Source: an uncultured Flavobacteriales bacterium (GTDB taxonomy: Bacteria; Bacteroidota; Bacteroidia; AKYH767-A; 2013-40CM-41-45). Taken from it: a stretch of 64,000 bases of DNA. Made by a program: the position numbers and the translations under genes. Location of the stretch: contig CAZJDX010000018.1 of the NCBI GenBank assembly GCA_964544885.1, positions 4,108 through 68,107 of the forward strand, read 5' to 3'. Of this stretch, positions 62,975 to 64,000 are shown piece after piece (position 1 is the stretch's first letter; each line of letters begins with the position of its first letter). The notes beneath the pieces are model-generated. The model did not search any database. It worked only from the letters and a program-made list of their open reading frames with translations, and was not told the origin of the DNA.

Positions 62975-64000
62975 ATGACTACTTCACAGAAAATCTTTGC
63001 ATCCTCCGTATTCCTTTTGCTGCTGCTGATAATTCTTACAGCCAGGTATAAACCCGGAGTAATCGGGAGGTCCGGACTCAGCACAGATCAGATACAATTA
63101 TCAGGCGCATGGGAGAGCATGCAGTTTATCAACAGCTCACGCTCCTTTCCTGAGACCGATATCCCGCCCGCTGCTTATACAAACGCGTATAATTTTTATC
63201 AAAGTCACTTTTCCAACAAGGAAAGAAACCAGCAAGTTTTCGTATCACCCTGGTACAGCCTTGGACCGGAAAATATTGGAGGTCGCACCCTTGCTATGGC
63301 TTTCCATCCTCAGGATACCTCCGTCATCTGGCTCGGTTCGGCCTCCGGCGGACTTTGGAAATCCCATACCGGTGGAATTGGCTTCAATGCCTGGACCTAT
63401 ATGCCAACCGGTTATCCTGTCACGGCCGTCAGCAGTATTGCCATCGACCCGACTGATCCGGATGTAATGTACATCGGAACAGGAGAAACACACAGCTATG
63501 GAACTTCCGTTAACGGACTCATCGAGCGACCCACACGGGGTTGTGTAGGCATCGGTATTCTGAAGTCAGACGATGGCGGTCTTAGCTGGTCACCCAGCCT
63601 TGACTGGCAATACCAGCAGCAAAGAGGCATCTGGGATATCCAGATCAATCCGCTCAATACACAGGTTCTTTATGCGGCAACTACGGAAGGTGTATATAAA
63701 AGCAACGATGGTGGAATGAACTGGTTCCTGAGCCTGCCTGAATTAATGGTTATGGACATACTGCTTGATCCCATTGATACCTCCTTTATTTATGCCGGTG
63801 TTGGAAATGTAAACAGTCCTGATCCGGGGATATACAGAAGTACCAACAGCGGAACAAGCTGGAACAGGATCAATGCCGGACTTCCTCCTCCGACAAATAC
63901 GGGGAGGATCACACTTGCCATGAACGCTCAGAATAATAATTCGCTGATCGCGCTGGTGGCTAATCTATACAATACCGTAGGCATATACGAAAGTAAAAAC
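62975..64000 (+). CDS. Secreted BNR/Asp-box beta-propeller protein (3' end runs off the window)
   Basis: Hand-translated open frame from ATG 62975: MTTSQKIFASSVFLLLLIILT..., WYSLGPENIGGRT, LWKSHTGG, LKSDDGGLSW, YKSNDGGMNW, YRSTNSGTSW. Confidence 0.85.
   Translation, partial: MTTSQKIFASSVFLLLLLIILTARYKPGVIGRSGLSTDQIQLSGAWESMQFINSSRSFPETDIPPAAYTNAYNFYQSHFSNKERNQQVFVSPWYSLGPENIGGRTLAMAFHPQDTSVIWLGSASGGLWKSHTGGIGFNAWTYMPTGYPVTAVSSIAIDPTDPDVMYIGTGETHSYGTSVNGLIERPTRGCVGIGILKSDDGGLSWSPSLDWQYQQQRGIWDIQINPLNTQVLYAATTEGVYKSNDGGMNWFLSLPELMVMDILLDPIDTSFIYAGVGNVNSPDPGIYRSTNSGTSWNRINAGLPPPTNTGRITLAMNAQNNNSLIALVANLYNTVGIYESKN

Noticed and set aside
63062-63080. GGGAGGTCCGGACTC resembling the RNase P RNA 5' motif
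   Set aside because: Lacks the GAGGAAAGTCC core and lies inside the open BNR-repeat coding frame.

Overview
A 64-kb chromosomal segment from a Bacteroidota bacterium. The assignment rests on T9SS C-terminal sorting domains, TAnnTTTG promoters, and a relA-fur-STAS-purA and ddl-PASTA-rluD gene order I recognise from this phylum. Most genes are housekeeping (M16 peptidase pair, glyA, hmgA/FAH, relA, purA, gcvT, miaE, psuG, rocD, rlmD, aroK, prolyl oligopeptidase, rluD, mqnE, tRNA-Pro GGG), interspersed with six T9SS-type secreted proteins (plus two probable ones truncated at the window edges), one a 2572-aa PKD-repeat protein. No CRISPR array, integrase, transposase or reverse transcriptase was seen. 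Best leads: (1) an AT-rich two-gene cassette at 57.3-61.2 kb whose S74-chaperone/T9SS fibre gene is frameshifted exactly at a G12 tract (phase variation or homopolymer error); (2) a ~175-nt multi-stem structured element at 46.75-46.92 kb with a candidate promoter and terminator; (3) a shared 3'-UTR architecture after three T9SS cargo genes that is partly complementary to their own start regions; (4) a pair of degenerate histidine-kinase genes lacking canonical H-boxes; (5) a tandem double D-Ala-D-Ala ligase whose halves differ at the Tyr/Phe specificity position. All calls come from manual reading and motif recognition; no database searches were run.
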